IMG/VR virus record: IMGVR_UViG_3300035181_000471
Coordinates: 62,001 to 126,000 of that record
Direction: 5' to 3' (one strand)
DNA: 64,000 bases
A program made the translations under genes and the position numbers. Of this stretch, positions 26,301 through 35,734 are shown in pieces; positions within the stretch are counted from its first letter, which is position 1, and each line of letters begins with the position of its first letter. The notes under the pieces were generated by a model. It searched no databases. It was not told the DNA's origin and saw only the letters and a list, made by a program, of their open reading frames with translations.

Positions 26301-28865
26301 GTATGTGGTTGCGGCACTACTTGGAGGAGTGACAATCGTACTGGAATTAACTCCGACAGACCCGACACCCTGATTGATAGAGGCCGAAGTAGCTCCGGTA
26401 GTAGTCCAAACCAAGGTAACGGTGGTTCCATCAGTAACAGCGGCTAGAGAAGTAGTAAAGGTTGGGATTGTAGGTGCGGCGACAACGGTGATAGTGACAT
26501 TCTGAGTCACTGAATAGCCAGCAGGATTGGTTACAGTCAGAGTGAAGGTTGTGGTGGAAGCTGGAGAAACTACATATCCAGAACCCGAGGTTACGGCTCC
26601 AACACCATTGTCGATGCTACCAGTTCCACTAGAGAATGTTGGAGTAATAGTTACACTAGACCCTGCGGTAATGGTCGTGGAAGTGGAGGTCAGAGAGCTT
26701 GCGACAGGCATAGCGTAGACTGTCACAGCAGTTGTGGTCTGTGCTGTGGCCCCAACGGGGTTGGTAACAGTTAAGGTGAAGGTAACAACGCCTGGAGTGT
26801 TCAATGCTCCGCTAGAAACACCAGAACCCGAGGTTACGGCTCCTAAACTTCCGCTAGATACCCCAGAAAAAACAACCGCTCCAGTTCCGTTAGAGAATGT
26901 TGGAGTAATGGTGGTGGATTGACCCACAGTTAGCTTACTACCAGGCGAAGAGTTGGTTAGTGAAGAGGCAGCAGGAAGCGGATATACAGTTACGGTAGCG
27001 TTAGCTGTGGTTGTTGTCCCTGCCCCGTTATCTACAGTAAGGGTGTAGGTAGTGGTGGTAGTGATATTGGTGACGGATTTTCCGACACCGGAAGTTACGG
27101 CTCCAACACTTTGATTAATAGATCCAGTTCCTCCCGTGAAAGATCCGGTCAAAGTAGAGGAAGATCCTGCGGAAATGCTAGATGGAGAAGCTGTGAAGGA
27201 GGAAATGGAGGGGTTTGGAATTACAGTCACATTCACGGTTGAAGTGGCTGTTTGACCAGCTTGGTTAGTAACAGTTAGAGTGTAGGTAGTGGAGGAGGTT
27301 GGATAAACACTGTAGGAGGTTCCTGAAGAGACTGCACCAATTCCATTGTCAATACTTCCGGTTCCGTTTGAAAAGGTCGGGGTTAGGACTACCTGAGATC
27401 CGGTAGTGGAAGTGGTTTTATTGGTTGTAAAGGATGAGATGGCTGGTGCGGCGACAACGGTAATCGTAGTTTGTACAGTTGCTCCGTTAACTGCGTAAGC
27501 GGTGAAGGTTGCAACACCTGGGAGTCCTGCGGTGAAAGTGGTGTTAGCCCCACTTGCTGTTGTGGTTGGAGATACTGATCCGGTGTTTACAGTCCAATTC
27601 ACATTAGTATTTACGGCACCTGTTACGGTTGTGGAGAGGGTTCTAGTGTAGCCTGTGGTTACATAACCCCCTCCACCAGTGATAGCGGCAATAGCGGGGG
27701 TCTGAACACTTACAGTTGCGGAGGCATCAACAGAAGTGCCTGCGCCATTGGTCACGCGAACCCATGCGGTGAGAGTGCCAGTTAATGAAGATGTAATCCC
27801 GTAGAGGGTGCCGGAAGTGGCCCCGTTTACCCAATCGGAGGCACCCTGAGAGGAGCCGATGACGGCGGTTCCGCCAGAGAAGGTTGCAGTAACCCCTTCC
27901 CAAGTTCCGTAGGGCACAGTCCCAGCACTGCTCCATACAATCGAGGCCGTTGGAACTGGTAGAACAGTAATCTGAACCTGCGCGGTAGCCGTAGCCCCAG
28001 CCGCATTGGTAACTGTCATATAGTAAATAGTGGTAGTGCCTGGAGTAACTGAATAACTTGATCCACTTGAGGCATTAGCAGTAATTTGGGTTCCGCCAGG
28101 AGAAGTTCCGATATAGCAAGTGCCACCTGAAAAAGTGGGGACTAAGTTCGAAGTTGCACCAGCGGTAATTGGAGAGGGCGAAGCTGTAAATGAGGAGATG
28201 CTGGGTGCAGCAACCACTATAACAGTGGTGGAGGAGGTAGCAGTATCCCCTGCGGCATTTGTTACAGTTAGAGTGTAGGTGGTGTTTGAAGTAGGGGAAA
28301 CATTGAAGGAGGTTCCAGAAGTGACTGAGATGCTTCCGGGTTGAACTACTCCGGTCCCCCCTGTGAATGAGGGAGTTAGGGGGCAGGAACCACCGTTTGT
28401 AATGGTGACCCCACCAGTTAACGAAGCGGTGGGTGCAGCAACAACAGTTACCCATGTACCATTGGAAGAAACAACTCCGAGCGATCCTGAGGAATAATCA
28501 TTGGAGACTAAATATGTACCTGGGGTGGAGGGGGCGGTCCATTGAACAGTGGTTGCATTCATCACCAATAAAGTGCCGTAACCATGTGCATTCCATGAAA
28601 GCACGGGGGAGTAGACATCTAGTGCGCCGCCTTGACTGAACATGGCTAGTCCATTGACGGTCATATAGGTAGGGCCGGAAGGAGGGTTGGCCCCTGGACT
28701 TAAAACCCTAATTTCAATTCTTTTTGTGTCTCCCCCAGGCTGAACCGTCAAATCATAATAATTTGTTCCTGGATGAGTAGCTGTTGTATAGTAATTTGTG
28801 CCACTAACGGGGTTAGTGACCAGTGTAGTGGTTAGATTGGGTGGGGAGGGAGGAGGAACTGGCAT
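23394..28865 (-). CDS. Giant Thr/Ser/Gly/Val-rich tandem Ig-like repeat protein (probable virion adhesin/fibre)
   Basis: About 20 repeats of two types: PxIxSF...FSGGTGSI..GVGAVTSG...TYTLTVTN and VxVxP...VTGA.NT.VTWS...ATSVADPxKS; no signal peptide. Confidence 0.8.
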   Translation of the reverse strand: MPVPPPSPPNLTTTLVTNPVSGTNYYTTATHPGTNYYDLTVQPGGDTKRIEIRVLSPGANPPSGPTYMTVNGLAMFSQGGALDVYSPVLSWNAHGYGTLLVMNATTVQWTAPSTPGTYLVSNDYSSGSLGVVSSNGTWVTVVAAPTASLTGGVTITNGGSCPLTPSFTGGTGVVQPGSISVTSGTSFNVSPTSNTTYTLTVTNAAGDTATSSTTVIVVAAPSISSFTASPSPITAGATSNLVPTFSGGTCYIGTSPGGTQITANASSGSSYSVTPGTTTIYYMTVTNAAGATATAQVQITVLPVPTASIVWSSAGTVPYGTWEGVTATFSGGTAVIGSSQGASDWVNGATSGTLYGITSSLTGTLTAWVRVTNGAGTSVDASATVSVQTPAIAAITGGGGYVTTGYTRTLSTTVTGAVNTNVNWTVNTGSVSPTTTASGANTTFTAGLPGVATFTAYAVNGATVQTTITVVAAPAISSFTTNKTTSTTGSQVVLTPTFSNGTGSIDNGIGAVSSGTSYSVYPTSSTTYTLTVTNQAGQTATSTVNVTVIPNPSISSFTASPSSISAGSSSTLTGSFTGGTGSINQSVGAVTSGVGKSVTNITTTTTYTLTVDNGAGTTTTANATVTVYPLPAASSLTNSSPGSKLTVGQSTTITPTFSNGTGAVVFSGVSSGSLGAVTSGSGVSSGALNTPGVVTFTLTVTNPVGATAQTTTAVTVYAMPVASSLTSTSTTITAGSSVTITPTFSSGTGSIDNGVGAVTSGSGYVVSPASTTTFTLTVTNPAGYSVTQNVTITVVAAPTIPTFTTSLAAVTDGTTVTLVWTTTGATSASINQGVGSVGVNSSTIVTPPSSAATTYTLTATNAAGTSVTRTVTVTAWAPPTISSFTSSSLTPLHGASVNLNGVYTAPGGGTATVDNGIGAISSGVDKATPTLPTNPVQSGSAPITYTLTVTNVVGASTTASVTITPQLVVVGTPTPAGAIGVNTTKSYSATVTGAVDTTVTWSHTGVTGSWVGNQFTPTSTGTATIRATSVANAAKNSSNSGTGDLTVVTAASPTGSLAASTLAPLRGATNVTITPTHNGSSAIIGTTLGGSDISANAATGVSIAVQTGGFTSPITYYLRVTSLAGVVYDAPSVTITPQTVSVAVSPTTASPQVGGTVNLTATVTGATDNTVTWSVATVGSGLTPSATTAVFVAPAVPGTYTIYAASVSDPTKNATCVITIPTVTISASAVKTTLLAGETTNCSATVTNAVNTAVTWSIDGGASAVNGSITVGGVYTAGTGTGTVVRATSVADATKSATITMTVSAITVSVAPTSTSVAINGTTTLTPTVSGAVVGLQGVTWSVDGGATYGTVNSSGVYTAPATSPSGGIATVRATSTANPAKSGTSAVTVVNLPVISGFTSSVVSPQVGQTYTLTATFSGGTGSVNQGVGAVTSGTPTAPRTATLTAVTFTLTATNAISGSTQRSLTVTPQTVSVSVLPTTKTLLAGESATFASSVTGAVDTSVIWSTTYGTINASGQFTAPLTSVPGNTLTVTATSVADPSKSASATVTMTPVVVTVLATKVLTIGTTFTTPATVTGAVNTSVTWSIASGVGSVSNGNTYNASTVGTSVLRATSVIDPTKYADCVITVVGAGEISSFSATSPNYGGFAVLTPVFASGTATITPTLPGNPSIIRSGQGYDTGPLTAKSNVFTLTVTNAAGDHTSVDVTVTVPTVILNGPTVPGVAASNTAIVLVNSVTKISATATYCVDTSVSWTCSVGNLSVSTSNSPDNFIYWTAPSVAHPLGDPAYITATSVADPTITRTIPIIVAYPVYSGKKSALASS

Positions 28866-28866
28866 A

Positions 28867-29325
28867 TTAGTTGTTGGGGTTCACATAGGTATTAGTGATA
28901 GTGCCACTAGTTTGATTGACAAATTGACCATTTAGGGTTAGCGGAGTCCCAAATAACACATTTTGAGGGTCTGGGGTGGGAGATAAGGTGAATGAAGTAA
29001 TTTTGGCTGGAATTGTAACAGTTATCGAGGCTGGCCCATCCCCATAGTCAGAGGATATTACCGAATCGTCATACTTATCAACTATCTCCCAGTACCAATA
29101 CACATGCATGTTATATGTAGTGGTAGTGGTAGGGTAAAATGTACCATGATCCCCGGTAATACTGGTGATTTCTGAATAAAAGAGTTCGTTCGTCCCCGAA
29201 GTCCCGTATTCAAAGGTTAGCTCGGCGCTGATATCTACTGCTGCACCAGAAACCCACCCACTAGCGGGTGAGGCAGTACCATAGGCCCCAGATACGGCGA
29301 CAGGAACATTGGTATAAGCAGGCAT
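28867..29325 (-). CDS. Beta-rich putative virion protein
   Basis: Contains partial copies of the Ig-like repeat (PTTTTTY, KITSFT). Confidence 0.6.
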   Translation of the reverse strand: MPAYTNVPVAVSGAYGTASPASGWVSGAAVDISAELTFEYGTSGTNELFYSEITSITGDHGTFYPTTTTTYNMHVYWYWEIVDKYDDSVISSDYGDGPASITVTIPAKITSFTLSPTPDPQNVLFGTPLTLNGQFVNQTSGTITNTYVNPNN

Positions 29326-29335
29326 TTAAAACTCC

Positions 29336-30556
29336 TTAAGCATATTGCTCGATATCAAGTTGGACCGTTACTTTACTCGCAGTTCCAGCACCCGTTACTG
29401 CAATGCTGATAATGTCCCCAACTGCCAAAGTGGTTTCAGTGAATCCAGATTTTGTAACGAATCCAGTGTCTCCACCCGATAGTGACAGGGTAGAAAGCGT
29501 GGTTCCGTTTCTGTAGATCACAATAGTCCCAGTCCCGGTGCTTCCAGGAGGAGCGTAGTAACGAATGGCTACAATCTTCCCAGCGGCGTCAATTCTCAGG
29601 GCTGGCTGTTGGTCTGTGAGGGCTAGAGGGGTCTCAAAGAAATAGCGAATAGGTGATTTTACAGCGTTTTTGGGGTGAACATGGTTCTCCCTAGCGGCAA
29701 ATAGTGAGTCCCCTACTGCGGCTACACCATCAGGTAATGGGACAGCACCACCACCGTCAGCTAGAAGGCGCTGTAGAGTGGTGTTAGTGACATCTGGATG
29801 AACATGGTCTAAGGGTGCGGCATAGGGAGATCCGCCTAGTGCGGCAGTTCCTAGAGCCACTGGGACACCAGTAGTGGCTAGCTGGAGGCCATTGGAGTTG
29901 TCGATCTTACTCCAAGAAGTTCCGCTGGATAGAACCCAGTCACCGGGATTCCATACATTAATCCCACCGATTGAAGTGTTACCCTGGACCGAGACTACAT
30001 AGTACCAGCCCTTACTTCCACCAGGAGGTGTATTTGTGAGGGCGGGGTTATTGATGGAGGCATCCCAGGTGCCCTTATAGGTTAGTGTATCCTGGGGAGT
30101 GATGAAAGAGGGTTTGAAGGCCACTTCCATAGTGGTTGTTCCAACTCCAATAACTTCACCAATTCTCTGGAAGTTAGAGGCCGAGGGAAGAATTTTGGTC
30201 AATTTACCTGCATTGGTATTGTCGAGATAGACGGAGACACCAAGATCTGCGGAAGTGAAAGTATACCCACCCCCCGCTCCATCACCCTGATAAATAGGAA
30301 CCTCTTTGTTAATACCGCTTGTGAACACAGTGGCTAGATTAGTGGCGGTAGAAAGGACATATCCGGTAGCGAAGTGGTTGGATGCGGCGTCAGCTAGACG
30401 AATCTTTCTAACTCCGGCGTCATTATACACGCTTACGAAATTGCCAGCGAGAAGAGCCACATCAGATTTAGCTTCAAATGGTGCGCTGGACCCAGTTGGG
30501 TCTTCTACTACAAGTCTAGTATCTGGATCAAATACGACTGGAATTTTTAGAGTCAT
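29336..30556 (-). CDS. Putative virion/fibre-associated protein
   Basis: YKGTWDAS.N.P...GWYYVVS...GDW....W.KIDN and A..DHVHP repeats seen in phage fibre proteins. Confidence 0.65.
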   Translation of the reverse strand: MTLKIPVVFDPDTRLVVEDPTGSSAPFEAKSDVALLAGNFVSVYNDAGVRKIRLADAASNHFATGYVLSTATNLATVFTSGINKEVPIYQGDGAGGGYTFTSADLGVSVYLDNTNAGKLTKILPSASNFQRIGEVIGVGTTTMEVAFKPSFITPQDTLTYKGTWDASINNPALTNTPPGGSKGWYYVVSVQGNTSIGGINVWNPGDWVLSSGTSWSKIDNSNGLQLATTGVPVALGTAALGGSPYAAPLDHVHPDVTNTTLQRLLADGGGAVPLPDGVAAVGDSLFAARENHVHPKNAVKSPIRYFFETPLALTDQQPALRIDAAGKIVAIRYYAPPGSTGTGTIVIYRNGTTLSTLSLSGGDTGFVTKSGFTETTLAVGDIISIAVTGAGTASKVTVQLDIEQYA

Positions 30557-30559
30557 GTC

Positions 30560-30817
30560 TTAGTCCCTTTTTGTCTTCATCATGCGCTGAGGGGTCTCAG
30601 GAGTGTTGTTAAGCTTAGCTTTGTTGTCCAAATCATGCTGGTTGGACATCGCTTCTTGGGCCACATTGGTTCTGTCATTAGGTGGCATGGATCGGTATTG
30701 AGGGTTAGTATCGTCCTTGGTTTCCCCGGAGATATCTAAGCCGTAACCCTTTTTGGTCAGAAACTTTGCTCTAAATAACAAGAAGACCCCTCTCAATAAG
30801 GGGTCTAAAAGTTTCAT
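30560..30817 (-). CDS. Hypothetical protein
   Basis: 85-aa ORF. Confidence 0.55.
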   Translation of the reverse strand: MKLLDPLLRGVFLLFRAKFLTKKGYGLDISGETKDDTNPQYRSMPPNDRTNVAQEAMSNQHDLDNKAKLNNTPETPQRMMKTKRD

Positions 30818-30829
30818 TTGAAGGTTAGG

Positions 30830-31342
30830 TTAAGAAGTTGTTTCACAAAGAACATGAAACTTCTCCATCAGGTTCCAGCGGAAACTTCGAACAGGCTGGA
30901 TCAGAGGCATTCCTGCCTCGTCAGGAGTTCTGTCGGCCTTCTTCTGGTTACACTTGAAGCAACACGCAACCAAGTTACCAGGGTTGCTACCACCTCCACG
31001 GCTACGAGGGATAACATGGTCAATTGTAGTAGCCTTAGGGCCATCGGGACCGCAATATTGGCAGATGTGCTTGTCACGCTCCAGGATTCCACGGAAACCT
31101 CGACCAACAGTGATCTTCGACTCCTTCACAGCCTGGGCGTGAGGATAGATGATCACCTTGAAGTCTGAGAAGGTGTCCATTTCGGACCATGCAGATCGAG
31201 ACCAGCTAGGTAGGTTTAGAACCTCTGCTCTTTCTGTAACTAGAGCCTTAACTGCGTGTCTACGAGTAACGGTCATCATGGGAATGAAATTCCGGTCCAC
31301 GGCGATGATCTGCTCTCCCATATTTTTCTTCCGCTTGTCCAT
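30830..31342 (-). CDS. HNH endonuclease (McrA-like)
   Basis: ILERDKHICQYCG...TIDHVIPRSRGG...NLVACCFKCNQKK; ATG 31342 with GAGG. Confidence 0.92.
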   Translation of the reverse strand: MDKRKKNMGEQIIAVDRNFIPMMTVTRRHAVKALVTERAEVLNLPSWSRSAWSEMDTFSDFKVIIYPHAQAVKESKITVGRGFRGILERDKHICQYCGPDGPKATTIDHVIPRSRGGGSNPGNLVACCFKCNQKKADRTPDEAGMPLIQPVRSFRWNLMEKFHVLCETTS

Positions 31343-31345
31343 AGA

Positions 31346-31433
31346 GTTACCTCGTTCTCTTTTAAAGGAGAACTCCAAAGTCGATCTTTGGAGCCTCTAT
31401 CTATTATACCAAGGCTCCAAAGATTTTCTTACC
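31346..31433 (-). promoter_or_regulatory. Promoter GGTA-N21-TATAAT in a 13-bp inverted repeat, followed by alternative hairpins over the HNH RBS
   Basis: ATCTTTGGAGCCT/AGGCTCCAAAGAT at 31412-31424 and 31384-31396. Confidence 0.65.
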
Positions 31434-32508
31434 TGTCGAAGCCTACGGATTGTTTTCCTTGCAGTTTTTCTGATGAAATGAGCTTTTTCTGGTCTTTTAG
31501 ACGCTTCAAAGTCTCCTCAAATGAGTAGTTAAAGCATGTTACGCTTACGATGATTTCCTTGAGATGGGCGATTCCGAAGTCCTTAGTGGCCTTGGCCCAC
31601 TCTAGAAGGGTGTCCTTGTCGATACCGGGAGCCTTTGCGGTCAGGTAGAAGAGTCGATCCTCTAGGGAGGGTAGGCCCACGGTCACAATCTGGTCAAAGC
31701 GGCTGGGACGGTCTAGGAAACGCTTGTCGATGTCCTCAGGATAGTTGGTGGTAGCCACATAAACCACATGGTCAATGGACTTTTCGCCATCGAATAGGCT
31801 TAGATAATCTGCTTCTTCGTAGTTCTTGATGAGGGAGTCGAAATCCTCAAGAATGCAGATGATTTTTCTATCGGGTTCAATAGAGCGGATCATTCTGAGA
31901 CAGGAGTAACCGATGTTGGGGTTTTCCAGGTAAAGCACGATTCCATCAAAGTTGTCAACTAGGCTCTTAGAGAGTAGTTGAATGATAGAGGTCTTACCGG
32001 AACCTGGAGGTCCAACGAGGAAGAACCCTCGCTTGTGTAGGAACCCGTTGACCTTGAAGGTCTCTTCTAGAGACCAGAATCGTTCAAATTCTGCAATTAG
32101 GGAGACAGTTCTGGAATCGGGGAGGGTTAAGAGGTCATCCGTAACTGGAGTTTCATTGACCAGATAGGGCTGACCGTTGTTGGTAATGCCAGTGGAGTAA
32201 ACCCCAGGACGGAGATTAGGGCGAAATTCCTGAACAGAAAAAACGGTTCCATCTTTGTCGGCCCAACCGGAGTTAGCGGTGGCTGGAGCGAATAGACCAG
32301 TGAATTGAGCGGCCAAGCGATCATTGCCGTCACTGATAAGGACTCTTGCGACCTTATTGAGCATCTCAAGGCGTTCTCGATCCATTCCACCACGAAGCTT
32401 GGGCTTAAAGCTGTCTTCTGAGTCACACGAGGTCACATCAGGCTCACCGCAAGGCTTACTGAACATAGAAATTAAACCTGGATTTTGACCTTCAACTGGT
32501 TTAGTCAT
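31429..32508 (-). CDS. AAA+ ATPase
   Basis: GPPGSGKT, ILEDFD, ATTNYPEDID, DRPSRFD. Confidence 0.92.
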   Translation of the reverse strand: MTKPVEGQNPGLISMFSKPCGEPDVTSCDSEDSFKPKLRGGMDRERLEMLNKVARVLISDGNDRLAAQFTGLFAPATANSGWADKDGTVFSVQEFRPNLRPGVYSTGITNNGQPYLVNETPVTDDLLTLPDSRTVSLIAEFERFWSLEETFKVNGFLHKRGFFLVGPPGSGKTSIIQLLSKSLVDNFDGIVLYLENPNIGYSCLRMIRSIEPDRKIICILEDFDSLIKNYEEADYLSLFDGEKSIDHVVYVATTNYPEDIDKRFLDRPSRFDQIVTVGLPSLEDRLFYLTAKAPGIDKDTLLEWAKATKDFGIAHLKEIIVSVTCFNYSFEETLKRLKDQKKLISSEKLQGKQSVGFDR

Positions 32509-32660
32509 TATTTCCTCACTTTACCTAATACTCAGAGTTATGTCGTCTTGTCGCACTTTAGACAGCGAATTTGCCTGTAAACATGATAGGGTGACTCCAC
32601 AATTTAGGCAGATTACATGCTTGACCGCTAATGGGTTTGGGACTGAATTAACAACCTGAA

Positions 32661-33260
32661 TCATAGTAGTACCTCAAATTGATCGGCAGGAACAGTGGAG
32701 CGCAGTTTTTCAATCCAAGCTTGATTCTTTACTTTGAACATGATAGGCGAGTGGCTGGCTTTTGCTCTGGAGGCTTTGCAAACAACACCTTCGAATGTCA
32801 TCCCCTCAAGATTACCTGTTTTTACTGCCTCAACAAATTCTCTATTGCAGTTGCCGTAGTAAAGCATTCCAGCTTTAGGAATCTCTTTGAATGATTTATT
32901 GAAATCCCCAGGATTCATAAAACCTTTTTTGTAAATAGAGACATCAATTAAGGATACTCGATGAGTTTCATCATAATGGGTTCCTGCAAAAGAGCTAGCA
33001 CCAAAAAATTCGAAAAAGAGCGTGGCTCCCTCGGCTCCCATATCTCGTAGTTCCTTGTGAATAGCTTCGCTGTGTTGATTGATGAGGCCGATTGCTTCTC
33101 CTAGAGGAGAGGTTTCATCAATCAACTGTGTGCGAGATCCAAATTTCCACAGGCCCTTCTTAGGGTGCCATTCTGTACGAATGTTGGACCCATCCAATTT
33201 GTCGAAAGCGTAGACTGGAATATTCTGTAGCTCTCGTGGAATAGAAGGATACTGCTTCAT
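32661..33260 (-). CDS. Minimal RNA-ligase-family nucleotidyltransferase
   Basis: YPSIP, DKLDGSNIR, FFEFFG, FEGVVCK, MFKVK. Confidence 0.75.
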   Translation of the reverse strand: MKQYPSIPRELQNIPVYAFDKLDGSNIRTEWHPKKGLWKFGSRTQLIDETSPLGEAIGLINQHSEAIHKELRDMGAEGATLFFEFFGASSFAGTHYDETHRVSLIDVSIYKKGFMNPGDFNKSFKEIPKAGMLYYGNCNREFVEAVKTGNLEGMTFEGVVCKASRAKASHSPIMFKVKNQAWIEKLRSTVPADQFEVLL

Positions 33261-34294
33261 TAATCTCCCTTTTTAAGTAGGAATTTATTGCTAATGGCTT
33301 TGAAGCTGACGGTCTCACCATTAATGAGATTACAGCTTTTGTATACTAGGCCCTCACGAATAGCGGCCTTGAGGCTTGGTCCATCGGCATGAGCTAGGAG
33401 CTTGTCAACTGTGTCATAGACTTGGAAGATGGCAATGGCCTTCTCGGTTACAGGAACTTCCTTGATGCCTGGAATTTGAGCTAGGATGTCTCTGCGCTCG
33501 TCAGGGGTGCAGTACCTTCGGTTGTCGATGTCCCAAATGTCGAAGACATAGAAGTCCTGACCCTTGATACCTTCATGATTTCCTTGGATACCCTCGCCAA
33601 TAAGCTCACCCTGGATGGCAATGTTCTTACCGATAGCCATCAGCTTATCACGGAGATTCAGCTTGTTTGCCATGTCCCAGAACGAGTTGCCTTCGGTCTC
33701 TTTTAGGTTGAGGTTGCGGCTACAGACACCGAAGTCCCCATCATTCTTGTAGACCGTCATCGAGGAGCCATCTAGTTTGATGGATTCTTCAAATAGCTCA
33801 TCCTTGTAAGTGTCAAAATAGCGTAGAAGGTTCTGAATTCTTTCCTGGTCAGTCTTACGAATGAAGGCTGGGAACATACCTTTTGCCTGTCCAGCAAGCT
33901 GAGCGGGTAGCGGGGCTTCCCACTTCTGGATACCCAGTAGCTCAGTGAGGTCTGTGCCCTCTTCAAGACCTTGAACCTTGTCCTTGATGGTCTCCTCCCA
34001 AAGTGGTAGTAGGAGACCCTGAGAGACCTGTCCACGAAGCTTGACGGTCTTTAAACGCTCACCTTCAACCTCGTTGAACACCTTTGGAGAGTGTTCTGGC
34101 TTGGTTAGGAATGGAGCTACTTTGGTTGGGATAAAGCTATCAATTTCAAAGTACACCACCAAGTCACCAACGGCATAAAGGCCCTTCTGACACACGATCT
34201 TCCAACCCTGAACAGTAGCGACCTCGATACGATCCGCACCCTCAATTGGGTCTAGGGCTAGAACTCTTTGAATACTGGCTAGTTTTCTTTCCAT
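33260..34294 (-). CDS. RNA ligase, DRB0094 family
   Basis: RKLASIQ..PIEGAD.IE, LRGQVSQGL, KTDQERIQN, KLDGSS, REGLVYK, SFKAISNKFLL. Confidence 0.93.
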   Translation of the reverse strand: MERKLASIQRVLALDPIEGADRIEVATVQGWKIVCQKGLYAVGDLVVYFEIDSFIPTKVAPFLTKPEHSPKVFNEVEGERLKTVKLRGQVSQGLLLPLWEETIKDKVQGLEEGTDLTELLGIQKWEAPLPAQLAGQAKGMFPAFIRKTDQERIQNLLRYFDTYKDELFEESIKLDGSSMTVYKNDGDFGVCSRNLNLKETEGNSFWDMANKLNLRDKLMAIGKNIAIQGELIGEGIQGNHEGIKGQDFYVFDIWDIDNRRYCTPDERRDILAQIPGIKEVPVTEKAIAIFQVYDTVDKLLAHADGPSLKAAIREGLVYKSCNLINGETVSFKAISNKFLLKKGD

Positions 34295-34377
34295 GTTACT
34301 CTCCTCTAAATTCTTCTCGGATTCTCATTAGAATTTTTACATGATACTGAGTTATTCGTTCGTCTGGCACATGGGCC

Positions 34378-34968
34378 TCAAAAAGAGTAATTCTTGGTTG
34401 GTTTGCGGCATTTTACTTGCCATCCTGCATTGGTTCCTTCTTTGTAGCATGGAAGGAGAGTGGCCTTGGGGTCTTTGAGAACGATACCTTCGTCCTCTAT
34501 TTTAGTAATACCGTTAAAAATCTCAACAAAACCACACTCAAACCACCGAGCTACCCAAAGATTTTTGTGGACTTCGAAATGGGAGTAGTGAACCTTCTGG
34601 ATAGGCCAAAGGGTGTGAAGGATGGCTCTTCGCTCCATGAGGGTCATCCCAGTTAGCATCTTACCCTGATACTTTAGGATGTCGAACACATACAGGGTGT
34701 CCTTAACTCCGACACCCTTAGAGTGGAGTAGTTCAGCCACAAAATAGGAGTCCTCAATCTTCAAAAGCATGTCTTTTGCCGGAAACTCGTTTATATTCCA
34801 GGCTTTATGGGGTTCATTGTGCCGTGTCCAGGACTTGAGACCATCATCGGTTTCAATAGTTGTGCAAGTCCCGTTCTTTTTGTATTCGGCAGAGAAACCC
34901 ATACCCTCAAACACAGGAAGGTGGCCGGGAATGACAGCTCTCTCAGGTCGAGGTGGGTAAAGGAACAT
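34378..34968 (-). CDS. Minimal ATP-dependent ligase/capping-enzyme-like nucleotidyltransferase
   Basis: EYKKNG, FVAEL, VFDIL, ERRAIL, EGIVLK, WQVKCR. Confidence 0.72.
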   Translation of the reverse strand: MFLYPPRPERAVIPGHLPVFEGMGFSAEYKKNGTCTTIETDDGLKSWTRHNEPHKAWNINEFPAKDMLLKIEDSYFVAELLHSKGVGVKDTLYVFDILKYQGKMLTGMTLMERRAILHTLWPIQKVHYSHFEVHKNLWVARWFECGFVEIFNGITKIEDEGIVLKDPKATLLPCYKEGTNAGWQVKCRKPTKNYSF

Positions 34969-34999
34969 TGTGCCTCCACACCATTATACCTGACTGTTC

Positions 35000-35200
35000 T
35001 TAGTTTAACACCAATTTTATCGAAGAAGTATCACCTTCTTTAAGATTGGTAAGTGTTTGAATCACCACGAGATTCCCCTCTAGTCTGGCTAATTCAAGGA
35101 AAATTTCTTTGTGCTTCAGCACATAAGCAGCCATTCTGCGTTTCCTCTCCGTACGGAAGACCTCAAAAGCCTTTATTACTCGCTGATCATCAGTAGCCAT
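35000..35200 (-). CDS. Hypothetical protein
   Basis: 66 aa, AGGAGG RBS. Confidence 0.6.
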   Translation of the reverse strand: MATDDQRVIKAFEVFRTERKRRMAAYVLKHKEIFLELARLEGNLVVIQTLTNLKEGDTSSIKLVLN

Positions 35201-35234
35201 TCCGCCCTCCTTATGTCTACAAAAAGGATTCTAT

Positions 35235-35268
35235 AAAAGTAAAAGCCCTCAATAGGGCTTTTACTTTG
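35235..35268. terminator. Intrinsic terminator, possibly bidirectional
   Basis: AAAGTAAAAGCCCT-CAAT-AGGGCTTTTACTTT. Confidence 0.75.
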
Positions 35269-35282
35269 TTTTTTCTTGGATT

Positions 35283-35504
35283 TTACTCTCCGATTACGCC
35301 TTCAGCAATGACCTTAGTGACACCACGACCTCGCCAGGGGATCTGGACCACACGATAGCAATCCTTACCTTCCTCATTCTGGTAAAGGACCGTATTGATG
35401 GCCCCATTCCAAGATGCGGCTGTAGTGCTTAGACCGGAATTCTTGGTCCCACAACGAGTGGTTTCACCACGACTACCCTGCATCAATCCGTAAAAGTGAC
35501 TCAT
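35283..35504 (-). CDS. Hypothetical protein
   Basis: 73 aa, GGAG RBS. Confidence 0.65.
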   Translation of the reverse strand: MSHFYGLMQGSRGETTRCGTKNSGLSTTAASWNGAINTVLYQNEEGKDCYRVVQIPWRGRGVTKVIAEGVIGE

Positions 35505-35734
35505 GATTTCTCCGTTTCTGTTTTAGGCGGAAGGGTTCGATGATCGAACTTTGTTGCGACTGACCACTTGCTCTTGTAATCATCTGGGTGAGTGATTGTT
35601 GAAAGAACCTGCATACAGTGGGAACACTCCATGAACCTCAAAAGTGAAAGATGGTCGTTCTCATCCTTGGGTTCAATCCACCGCTCCATCAGAAGACGAT
35701 ACTGGTGGCCCTTAACATAGCACAAAAGTCTCAT
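35501..35734 (-). CDS. Small Cys/His protein
   Basis: LLCYVKGH...CSHC. Confidence 0.6.
   Translation of the reverse strand: MRLLCYVKGHQYRLLMERWIEPKDENDHLSLLRFMECSHCMQVLSTITHPDDYKSKWSVATKFDHRTLPPKTETEKS

Noticed and set aside
23394-28865. Diversity-generating retroelement TR/VR pair among Ig repeats
   Set aside because: Repeats are diverged protein-domain duplications without adenine-specific differences; no reverse transcriptase in window.
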